A program made the position numbers and the translations under genes. DNA of 64,000 bases from contig OX597832.1 in NCBI GenBank assembly GCA_951406725.2, positions 39,804,001-39,868,000 on the forward strand, read 5' to 3'. The DNA is from Octopus vulgaris. Taxonomy: Eukaryota. The notes below the pieces were generated by a model. That model had not been told where the DNA came from. It searched no databases and saw only the letters and a program-made list of their open reading frames with translations. Positions 53,177 to 64,000 of the stretch are shown in pieces. Every line of letters begins with the position of its first letter. The first letter of the stretch is position 1.

Positions 53177-53218
53177 GTCGCTGAAGAGGTCACAGCTGTG
53201 TGACGAAAGATTTCCAGG
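53177..53218 (+). ncRNA. Hammerhead-like motif, family 2 (degenerate)
   Basis: CTGAAGA-G-GTCACA-gctg-TGTGAC-GAAAG-at-TTC; stem I poor. Confidence 0.4.
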
Positions 53219-54004
53219 TAATGGACATAAGGTGGAGGAGTGGCTGTGTGGTAAGTAGCTTGCTTACCAACCACATGTATAGGATCTTTTCTGTTTAGCT
53301 ACCACTTTTCAATTTCTTCAATTTTGTCCCAATTGATTTCATATCTGGTTTACTGATGTAGTTTTGTATAGTAATTATTGATATAAAATTGATTCTTGCC
53401 ATAAATCAATAAATGAACAGTTAATAGCTTTTAAAATTTGCAAATTTTGGGTAATTTTAGATAATCGAAAACCACAGACACATAGATACCTGTTTCCATA
53501 GTAACAAGCCAAGCTGTTGCCAATCTGTTTACCCATCTGTTGCTGTCCTATCCAGCAACAGATTTATCATTTTTTGCCTATTAAACGCTTAAAACACATG
53601 AAGTGGTCTTGAGGTGTGCTTAAAGTAACAGCTAAATAAGCCTTAAATCACACACCAATATTTTTTTCTTTTAGTATTGGGTTTTTGCATAATCCTATGA
53701 ATTCCTGTGTATAGTTTACAAATTCACAAAATTTTTCTGAAAATTCCCCAAAAATAAAAAAAGTTATGAAGAGCAGAAATCGGTCAAATCAATGTTTCAT
53801 TTGCTTACAGTTTGATATTAAAACACATACTATTGTTGTAATGTTGATGATACGTGCAGCCACGCACAAAATGATAGCTTCTAATCCTGTTTTCTGAGTG
53901 AGTAAAAATGATCAAACTTTAAACCTCTGTAACTTTGTTTTAGATTTTCTGGAACAAGTGAGTTAGGTCCTGAGATTCAGTGTGAAAAATTACATCACTC
54001 TCTC

Positions 54005-54206
54005 TTTCACTTGTTTCAGTCATGTGACTGTGGCCATGCTGGAGCACCGCCTTTTAGTCGATCAAATCGACCCCAGGACTTATTCTTTGTAAGCCCAGTA
54101 CTTACTTTATCGGTCTCTTTTTTTGCCGAACTGCTAAGTTACGGGGACGTAAACACACCAGCATCGGCTGTCAAGCAATGTTGGGGGGACAAACACAGAC
54201 ACACAA

Positions 54207-54273
<67 letters not shown>

Positions 54274-54443
54274 CATATATACGACGGGCTTCTTTCAGTT
54301 TCCGTCTACCAAATCCACTCACAAGGCTTTGGTCAGCCCGAGGCTATAGTAGAAGACACTTGCCCAAGGTGCTATGCAGTGGGACTGAACCCGGAACCAT
54401 GTGGTTGGTAAGCAAGCTACTTACCACACAGCCACTCCTATGC
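54005..54443 (-). mobile_element. SINE family A, full length
   Basis: Reverse complement of 4471-4870. Confidence 0.88.
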
Positions 54444-54796
54444 CTATCAATACACCAAATTTGAAATTTTTCACTTAACTTTAAAATTTCAAAAAGTCCA
54501 GCCAAACAGAAAAGATCCTCTGTCATTCACACACGGCAGTGTATGAATAATATTCTTAAAGTCAACTTTTACTCACTTGCAGACAATTTGATGATTTACC
54601 ACTAATTCATTTTCAGCATAATCTTAATTCGGTTTTTGTTGTTTTTTTGCACTAGTAGTAGTAGTAGTAGTAGTAGTAAGCTACATTTTGATGTAAAATA
54701 ATTGAAATTTGGTTCTGTAGTAAAAAAGTTATGATAAAAATGTAGGGCCAAAATTAGGAGAGTAACACCAAATTTGAAATAGAAAGATGTGGTTTA

Positions 54797-55150
54797 TAAT
54801 AATGAAATTATTGTATACAGTGCTCAGGTGCACCACAACTTGTCAAAAGTGCATATAGAGTATATGCAGTAATGTACAAATGTCTGGAAAGCGAAGAATG
54901 CATGAGTCAGATACATACTTGCCATGTGTATGGAGGGGAGGAAATCAGGTGTAGTGTTGGCGAATCTCAGAAAGCATGGAAGTTTTGAAGGATGCAGTGC
55001 TCCGACAACTAACAACTGATGCCGGCAGTTTGTTCCATGCTTCAGCAACTCTTAGCGTGAAAAAAATGTTTCCTGAAGTCATGGAAGGAGCTGTGCTGTT
55101 TTCTGACTTTGTAAATATGTCCACGAAAACAGCACAGCTCCCATGACTTT
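54797..55150 (-). mobile_element. CR1/L2-like LINE 3' end with short 5' inversion
   Basis: Matches the reverse complement of 46660-46982; 55123-55150 is an inverted piece. Confidence 0.85.
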
Positions 55151-55539
55151 TTTTAAGTGTAAACAAGTTTTTTCAAGTGTAAACAAGAGAGACAGAGACA
55201 GGTAGAAACAAGGAAAATGCCACTTATATTTGAACACTATACAAATATTCTTTTAAAAAAACTTTTCTTTTAATTTTTCTAAATTTAATTATTTAATTGT
55301 TACAGTTGAAAAGGTTTCAAAATGACTGAAACAGGTACTGAAATAATGTTCTTTATAAAATTATTTTAGCATTTTCTATCTTGACTTATTTTTTCATATA
55401 TATCAACTCGTGTGTTCCTTTTCATCCTTATACATACATATATATATATATATACATACTGGGTGTGATGGGTAAATTGTTGCCATTTTACATTGGCACT
55501 GTGAATGGTTCTTAAATTGTGTTTGCTGATACATGGCCA

Positions 55540-56690
55540 TAAATTTGATGACTTTAGGCAAGCCCAAACTTGACTAGCACAAGCTGTCAGTTCTACAAAG
55601 TCCAAAAAATGCTAGCAACGTTTTCTTTGTTGGCTTGTTGGCTGTAGCTTGGTCTGCATTTCAAGGTCGTAAAATACACTCATTGTCCATTTTCCAAATG
55701 GATGTCAAGATTTTGGGGTTATGGACCTGAGCTGGGAATTCAAAAATGCACCTGAATGCTCTTCATTTCTGCTGACACATCAGCCGTATTGGAAGTTGGA
55801 CACCTCCTTGGACATATTTCATTGCCTGTAACACAAACATGGCAGCATCAGAACTTTGACTGAGTGACAATATTTGATATTAATGTGAGAGCTGGAAGCT
55901 TTGCTAAGGAGTCGACTACAGGGCATGATCCATCGGTTGTTAATCTCATATCACCCAATATTGGCTTTGAAACTTTCTGCATCTGGGCTTCTTTGATGGT
56001 AAGATGGGTAACCATCATCAGAAGTTTGTGTCCATTTTCACAAAAAATAAAGGATATTGTAGCATGTCATAGGAATGGTAGGTTTCACTGATGAATTGAA
56101 TGCTGTTGTCACATATTTTTAACCCAATATTTCGTTTGCTGCCATGATACTCTCTAGTAATCACAAGAGTCTTCATAACAATTCTTCATAACGAGTCTTC
56201 ATAACTTCATAACATTCTGGAACATGAAATCTGTGAGAATGTTCCCTTGAGGGTCTCTTATCGGTGTCAGTGACTATTTTAAACTAGGGTGTATTTGCAG
56301 TAACTCCCAAAACATTTAAAACTGGTAATGTAGCTGCTATGGGAATGAAGCAACCCTTGTAGCTGTAGTATTAGGTCTAACCTTGTGTTTGGGTCCCCGT
56401 TGTGCCTAGTCTGGCTTTCAATAATAGAATCGCCTATGAAATATATCTGCAAAAACTTCGGTTCTTCATTCGGCAACGATTGGAGTGATCTGATTCTCTG
56501 AAAGTTGGCTTAAATTGTCCTTCAGATATGATATTTGCTCCAAATGATCTCATCTGGAATGCAGCGTTCTATCTTTGTATTTGGTTTCAGAATTCTTTAC
56601 CATATGCTGTTGATGCAACCACCAAAGTTTCCATGGGCTCTGGTGGACCCTAAAATAGCGATAAATTAACTTTGCCACCAGAGCACTGCT
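55540..56690 (-). mobile_element. Helitron RepHel relic
   Basis: CSGGKVNL, NAAFQMRSFG, PKFLQIYF, DGYPSY, INNRWIMP..LSK..HINIKYCHSVK, IHLENGQ.VYF; disrupted. Confidence 0.85.
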
Positions 56691-56806
56691 AAGGAAAAAA
56701 GGTAGAACATAATATTGACTTTAATAAATCTTTAATATACTCGGTAGTGTATTATAGTAGCAACGAAATACAGTGTTCCTATCAGAAATTAATCATACAC
56801 AGACAT

Positions 56807-57187
56807 AGGCGCAGAAGTGGCTGTGTGGTAAGTAGCTTGCTAACCAACCACATGGTTCCGGGTTCAGTCCCACTGCGTGGCATCTTGGGCAAGTGTCTTC
56901 TGCTATAGCCTCAGGCCAACCAATGCCTTGTGAATGGATTTGGTAGACGGAAACTGAAAGAAGCTTGTCGTATATATGTATGTATGTGTTTGTCCCCCTA
57001 GCATTGCTTGACAACCGATGCTGGTGTGTTTACGTCCCCGTTACATAGCGGTTCGGCAAAAGAGACCGATAGAATAAGTACTGGGCTTATAAAGAATAAG
57101 TCCCGGGGTCGAGTTTGCTCGATTAAAGGCGGTGCTCCAGCATGGCCGCAGTCAAATGACTGAAACAAGTAAAAGAGAGTAAAGAGT
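56807..57187 (+). mobile_element. SINE family A, full length
   Basis: Match to 4471-4870. Confidence 0.88.
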
Positions 57188-57636
57188 ATACACAGACATA
57201 GAAGAATGTAAGGATTATTTAAAGGGAAGTAATTATTAACATACTCTTGACCAGAATTAACTCCCTTTAGATTTTCTTTGCAGTGACATGCAGAAGGCCA
57301 ACCCTAAAATGTATTTTCGGTTAAAACTCCTCGACCCTCCACGATCTCTGTAAAAGATGGAAGTCTATGGCAAGTATGTTGCGAGTGAAAGAACCTGTTT
57401 AAACGAGAATATAAAAAAAGGATAAAGCAAAGTCTTCAGTGTGAGTTTGTGGTTTGTGGGGTCGACCGTGTCCTCCGCTTCATTTTTTGGTTAATCACTC
57501 ATTCTCATTTAATTGTATATATTTTAATTGTTTGTTTATTCATACGTTTCGTCTCATTCGATACCCTGACCCCAACGTTTGTTTTGTCTGTCCCCGTATC
57601 GTCCCCTTCTTTTTCTCAACCTTATGGTGAATAAAG

Positions 57637-57730
<94 letters not shown>

Positions 57731-57937
57731 ATCCAAAAAAGAAAACACAACAACGCAAGGATGTGGAACAAATATAGTATTATTGGACGCTCGGGAAAGA
57801 AGGAGGGTTTAACGTTTCGAGCGGAGCTCATCGTCGGAAACATAGGAGAAGGAAAGATCCAGAAAAGGGAAGACAGAGGGGAAAAAATCAACAACGGTAC
57901 ACACGAGGTCACATTTATATATATATATATATATATA

Positions 57938-58135
57938 TAATGAAATTATTGTATACAGTGCTCAAGTGCCCCACAACTTGTCAAAAGTGCGTATAAAGCA
58001 TATGCAGTAATGTACAAATGTCTGTGAAGTGAACAGTGTATGAGTCAGATACATGCTTGTGTGTGTATGGAGGGGAGAAAATCGGGTGAAGTGTTGGCGA
58101 ATCTCAGGAAGCATGGAGGTTTTGAAGGATGCAGC
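57938..58135 (-). mobile_element. CR1/L2-like LINE 3' UTR
   Basis: Reverse complement of 46780-46980. Confidence 0.85.
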
Positions 58136-59462
58136 CCAAGGCTATAGTAGAAGGATGTTTCTGTAGGCTTTTCCCATGTTGCTTTTGGTTTTCCAAATTT
58201 CCCTTCATGAGGGAAGGTTCCATATTGTAGCTTCTCTTTTGGTTATCATTATGTGGCTTCATAAGGCGACTAAGCTGGCAGAACAGTTACCACTCCAGGC
58301 AAAATGCTGAGCGGCATTTCGTCCGTCCGTCCGTCCACACGTTCTGAATTCAAATTCTTCCGAGGTCGACTTCACCTTTCATCCTTTCGAGATCGATAAA
58401 ATAAGTACCAGTTGGTACTCACTCTTGAGCTTTTATGCAACTCTTTTATTTGTTTCAGTCATTTGACTGTGGCCATGCTTGTAAGCCTAAGACTTATTCT
58501 ATCGGTGTCTTTTGCCGAACCGCTAAGTTACGGGCCCGTAAATACACCAGCATCGGTTGTTCGTTACCTGTTTAACGAGAATCCGGCTGATACGAAGCTT
58601 AACCTATTCCCACTATAGCAGGAATATGGCGTTACAGAACTGGAATTTAAAAAAAACACCCAAATATCAGGAATTGTGCCTATTAGTAAAAAGGATTATG
58701 TGGCTTCCATATGTAGTTTCAGAGAATTATCTCCCCTTACCAGTAATTAGTTTTCTTACATTCTCTCGGTGTTTCGCTAGTAATGTGCAAAGTAGGAAAA
58801 ATGACAATTTAGGACAGCTAACCCTGTGCCTCCCATCCTCTTCCATTCTCAACCAGGCTTGGGACGGGCTATGGCAGAGTTCCCCATCCTTTTAGGGTTT
58901 GAGAAAAAACAAAATAAAATAAAACATAACACAGGTAATGTGGATTAGCAAAACTGTAAGGTTGTTAGACCAAGACGTATTGTGAGTTTTTATTCCAGTT
59001 CTGAACATTCTGAGTTCAAATCATGCCATTAGCTACTTGAATGGCAGAAATAATTTGATGCCTGGAGTTCCTGTGTCTAAATTTACACCCCAGTTGGGTT
59101 ACCAAGCAAAAGATAAATAGGCGTAGGAGTGGCTGTGTGGTAAGTAGCTTGCTTACGAACCACATGGTTCTGGGTTCAGTCCCGCTGCGGGGCACTTTTG
59201 ACAAGTGTCTTCTACTATAGCTTCGGGCCAACCAAAGCCTTGTGAGTGGATTTGGTAGACGGAAACTGAAGGAAGCCTGTCGTATATATGTATATATATA
59301 CAAAATAAGAAAATGGAGAAATATATCTAAATCATTCAACTATCAGATAATACCGAATCACATACTTTATTAAATCACTTAGCTTTGTTGGGTACTTCTC
59401 TAGCAGTATATTGGATATATGTTATCCCATGGAGGGTTGAATTTACAACCCCTATCTCATTT

Positions 59463-59511
<49 letters not shown>

Positions 59512-60132
59512 TTTGTGTGTCAATATCGCTTGACAACCGTAACTTGGCGGTTCGGCAAAAGATAGAATAAGTATTAGGCTTACAAGCATGGCCACAGTCA
59601 AACGACTGAAACAAGTAAAAGAGTAAAAGAGTTGCACAAACAGCTGAAGAGTAAGGATTGCAGACAAACTAATGGATGGAATCGGCTGCACCTTCTTTTC
59701 CTACGTTTGTTGTTCGTTACCGATTTAACGAGAATCCGGCTGATACGAAGCTTAACCCATTCCCGCTATAGCAGGAATTTGGCGTGACACCCCTGCATGG
59801 TGTTCTTGGGTACCTTTGTTGCCAGCTTTTGGGCCGGGTCTGGTTTAAGAGCCCCACCAAGCTAGGGCACCAACTTGAAGAATTTTTAGTCGACCCCGAT
59901 ACTATTTCTTTTTCGTTATTCTTTTCTTTTTCTTTCTTTTTTTTCTTTTCTTCTTTTTTTTTTTTTGTTAATCCAGGTACTTATTCTGTCGTTTATGTTT
60001 TGCCGAACCGCTATTTACAGGGATATAAACATATCAACACCGGTTGACAAGCAGTGGTGGGGGACAAACACAGGATCTTTTCTGTTTGGATGCACCTGTG
60101 GAGATTTTGAAGTCAAAACAGAAAAGATACCA

Positions 60133-60253
<121 letters not shown>

Positions 60254-61089
60254 TCCCACACATTCTGATATGAAAGTATTAACCAAATTAACCGTGAGTG
60301 ACCCTGAAATTCTTTTACATCTACCCACACATTCCCTAACATCTTTGTCTGTCTGTCTCTCTCTCTCTCCCCCCTCTCTCTCTCTCGTATACATATACTC
60401 TCTCACTTCCAACGTAAGTCCCCCCTCTTCTCCTTTCCATCATTACCATCTACAATAACAACAGCTACAACAACCACCACTACCACCACCACCACTACCG
60501 CCACTAATAACAATAACAAACACACCACTATCACCACCACCTCCACCACTACCACCTGCAAGTCTTTCCATCCATTCTCATCTCCCTCGCCACCATCACC
60601 ACCACCACCGCCGCCACTACCACCACACACTCCCCCTCCGTTTTTCTCGACATCTCAGATTATCTCTAAGTGGATTATCGTTGCTTACAAACCTTCTAAT
60701 TAACCCAAATCTGGGTGAGCTGGTGTTATTTTTGTCGGCGGGGGGGGGGGGGGAGGGGCGTGATGGTGGTGGGGGAACACGGTGATAGTGGCGGTGGGGT
60801 GCACGATGGTGGTAGGGGGAGGAGACACAATGGTGATGGTGGAGGTGGAGGTGGTGGTGGTGGTGGGGATGCTGATAATGGTTAGTATTAATGACTTGTT
60901 TGTATAAGTGGTGGTGGTGGTGGTGGTGGTGTAAGGTGTGTTCCTGTGTTGTTGCTGTTTCGCTCCAGGTCAGTCCCTGTGCAAAACAGGGGTGGACTCT
61001 CATAAACAAACAGTTGTACTCTGAAGCACAGCCCGGGGGGGGGGGGGTAACAGTGACCCAGTTTTTTTCTTTTACCAAGCAACATCTTG

Positions 61090-61418
61090 GTAATAATTAA
61101 TAATAATAATAATAACAATAACGATGATAATAATAATAATAATAATAACAACAAATGATAATAATAATAATAATAATAATGATAATAAAATTATGATAAT
61201 AATAATAATAGTAATAATAATAATAATAACAATGATGATAATAATAATAACGATAATAATAATGATAATAATAATAATGATAATAATAATAATAACGATG
61301 ATGATAATAATAGTAACAATAACGATAATAATAATAATAATAATTATAATGATAATAATAATAATAATAATAATAACAATAATGATAATAATAATTCTTC
61401 TTCTTCTTCTTCTTCTTA
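61090..61418. repeat. (TAA)n microsatellite plus (TTC)n
   Basis: Directly visible. Confidence 0.95.
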
Positions 61419-61668
61419 GCAGTAGTGCCCATAATTGTTGGAGCCCTGGGAACAGTGAGCAAAAATCTCAAGAAATACATGGAACAAATAGGGGCTGCAA
61501 TAAGGATGGGGCACTTGCGGAAAACAGCACTGCTTGGAACCGGCCGAATACTCTGGAAGGTGCTCCCAAAATAAGAGGTGTTACCTTAGTTCACTGGTAG
61601 TGAACAGCTGACACTGTAGTACATCTCCAGCGTTAGAAGCTGTGCAAAGGCAATGATGATAATAATAA
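61419..61668 (+). mobile_element. R4/Dong-like (REL-endonuclease) LINE 3' end
   Basis: VPIIVGALGTVSKNLKKY..LRKTALLGTGRILWKVL, then a short 3' UTR, embedded in (TAA)n. Confidence 0.75.
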
Positions 61669-62200
61669 GAAGAAGGAGAAGGATGATGATGATGATGATG
61701 GTTTCAAATTTTGGCACAAGGCCAGCAATTTAGGGGGAGGGAATAAGTTGAATACATTGACCCTAGTGCTCAACCGGTACTTATTTTATAACCCCTGAGA
61801 GGATGAGAGGCAAAGTTGTTCTCAGCAGAATTTAAACTCAGAACATGAAGTTGGACGGAATGTCGCTCAGCATTTTGCCTGGCATCTTAACAATCCTACC
61901 AACTCACCACCTAAGATAATAATAATTATAAAGGCAGCCTTTATATCCTACACAAGGTGGATGCATTGTCAGAAGGCCAAATACTAGGATATTCATCTTG
62001 AGGGGACTTTTTATAAAGGTGCATGGGGCAAAGAGCACACATTGTATGCAGACAAGAAACATCTGGTACGGGTGCTGGAAATGCTAAATCCCGTGATTTA
62101 TATATATATATATATTTAATGTAGGATAAAAATTTTTTCTAAAAAAAATTTTATCAATGGCCAGCATATTTAAAAATACCTTTAAAGGTTAAAATTATAA

Positions 62201-62521
62201 ACAACTTATAAATAAGGGCAAACGAAAAAATTTCTTATGCCAAATATGCCGAAATTAGACACATTGTCCATTACCATATAATTTATCACAATACGCACGC
62301 TACTCAAAAAAAAGCCACATTTATCACTGACGAAGGGAGGGTTCTCACGAACTAAACCTGAAATCGGTCCTATATGGTAATAATCGAATTTTTTAGAAAT
62401 TTCTGTTGGCTTTTTTTTGAGTAGCGTGCGTATTGTGATAAATTATATGGTAATGGACAATATGTCCAATTTTCGGCATATTTGGCATTAGAAATTTTTT
62501 CGTTTGCCCTTATTTATAAGT

Positions 62522-62524
<3 letters not shown>
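62201..62524. mobile_element. Fold-back element (about 117-bp inverted arms) enclosing a hammerhead-like motif
   Basis: 62201-62317 vs 62407-62524; CTGACGA(62327)-AGG..CCT-GAAAT-CG-GTC(62369). Confidence 0.65.
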
Positions 62525-62563
<39 letters not shown>

Positions 62564-63017
62564 AAAGGGTTGACTGTGAATTCATCCCTTAATTGGAGTA
62601 GTTTCCAAAAGATTTCTAACGTTGTTTCTTCATACTTTACTTAATTTACTGGTGTAAATTAGCATAGATATGAACATTTATACAAGTATACTAAGTATAT
62701 GATTTAACTTATAAAACAAAGTTCAACAAATTCAATCATGTTTTTCTTAAATGGAGGAGATTTAGATGTTAATATGGATTGAAATTGTTTTTATTCCTGT
62801 AGCTATACGATCGATCGTTTCATACAGAAAAACAATAAATTCATTTTAAGAATCTGAGTTGTCAAAAAGTATTCGTCAGTAACAAAAATTGAGGAAAGGG
62901 AAAAAAAGAGTAAAGCCAGAAAGACGTTAGAATTTCATAGGTATGGTGTTCGTTAAGTGTAATTGTTCATAGAGTCATGTCTATTTAAAACAACTTCAAG
63001 CCATTAGCAATCAGCAA

Positions 63018-63250
63018 TACCTATTTCTTTACTACCCACAAGGGGCTAAACACAGAGAGGACAAAGAAGGACAGACAAACGGATTAAGTCGATTATATCG
63101 ACCCCATTGCGTAACTGGTACTTATTTAATCGACCCCAAAAGGATGAAAGGCAAAGTCGACCTCGGCGGAATTTGAACTCAGAACGTAGCAGCAGACAAA
63201 ATACTGCTAAGCATTTCGCCCAGCATGCTAACGTTTCTGCCAGCTCACCA
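63018..63250 (-). mobile_element. SINE family B
   Basis: Reverse complement of 12812-13045. Confidence 0.85.
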
Positions 63251-63674
63251 AGACTAAGTTGGTATCAGTATTACTTAATTTACTGGTGTAAATTAGCGTA
63301 GATATGAAAATTTATACAAGTATACTAAGTATATGATTTCTGCAATCAACAATACCGATACCAACTTAGTCTTGGCTGCTGCTCCATTCTCATGGTCACA
63401 GTACTTAGCCCTTACTACCTGTATAAACCTTCAGTTCCATCCATGCTGACAATCTAGCCTAACACCTCCAAATCTGGTTACTCTTACAGAAAGGCTGTTG
63501 ACACTATTGTACTAGTCCTCCACTAATCCATGGTAACGCCTTGTTCTGCTATGTGTAGCAGTAAATGAAACAAACTGGTATCACTAAATAGACTATATCA
63601 CAGCCAGAAGACATAGCAGTGACAACTATCTAAGCTACATCCTGTCAGACCACAGCCTAAGGACAAAGAAAATA

Positions 63675-64000
63675 CTGTAAATCCTCGAGTATAATCCGCA
63701 TTTTCCCCAAAAAATTTAAAGGTCAAAATCCCTAGTGTGTACTATATACGAGGTTAAAAACGAAAATTATTTTCTAAGCAATGTCCGAGTCTCTATTTGC
63801 TGTCTGGCAATGTTTATTCAGACGCATTTTGTGATGTCGGGTGAAAATACCTTAAGCTAAGCTTGAAAGCAATGAAGTCATAAAAGAATCATCCATAACT
63901 TGCAGTAAGCAACATTTATTAAACGTTATTACTGTTATTTCTTTATTTTCTGCAAACAAAATGCACAAAAAAGCTTCACATTTGCATTATGTTATATATA
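63675..64000. mobile_element. MITE, inverted copy of 23977-24473 (runs off the window)
   Basis: TA|CTGTAAATCCTCGAGTATAATCCGCA; body is the reverse complement of 24150-24473. Confidence 0.85.

Noticed and set aside
53492-53505. Second X-box-like motif GTTTCCATAGTAAC
   Set aside because: Weaker match inside repeat-like sequence, with no nearby gene start.
60400-61080. His/Pro-rich ORFs as a transcription-factor exon
   Set aside because: (CAC/GGT)n low-complexity DNA without splice or domain support.

Overview
AT-rich, repeat-dense eukaryotic genomic DNA. The SINE, LINE and microsatellite content is typical of a cephalopod, most like Octopus (inference). Three spliced host genes can be reconstructed by hand. 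One is a + strand gene with four visible exons for a ~348-aa protein with STI1/HOP-DP-like domains (5775-15552). The other two are divergently oriented paralogues of an uncharacterised Cys-motif (CTCSCFD) multi-pass membrane protein (- strand 22757-30573; + strand 47839-48784, first exon not located). The rest is decayed mobile DNA: a Ty3/Gypsy element, three tRNA-like SINE families, RTE, CR1-like and R4/Dong-like LINE pieces, Helitron and Tc1/mariner relics, and mini/microsatellites. The most striking observations are: (1) several distinct families of minimal hammerhead-ribozyme motifs with palindromic stem III, inside short fold-back elements resembling Penelope pseudo-LTRs; (2) a 150-bp piece of the membrane-protein gene inserted inside the Gypsy gag, with mostly synonymous divergence; (3) a canonical RFX X-box between the divergent paralogues; (4) a 3.7-kb 26-bp minisatellite grown from a retroposon 3' module. 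There is no CRISPR array. All alignments and folds were done by eye.
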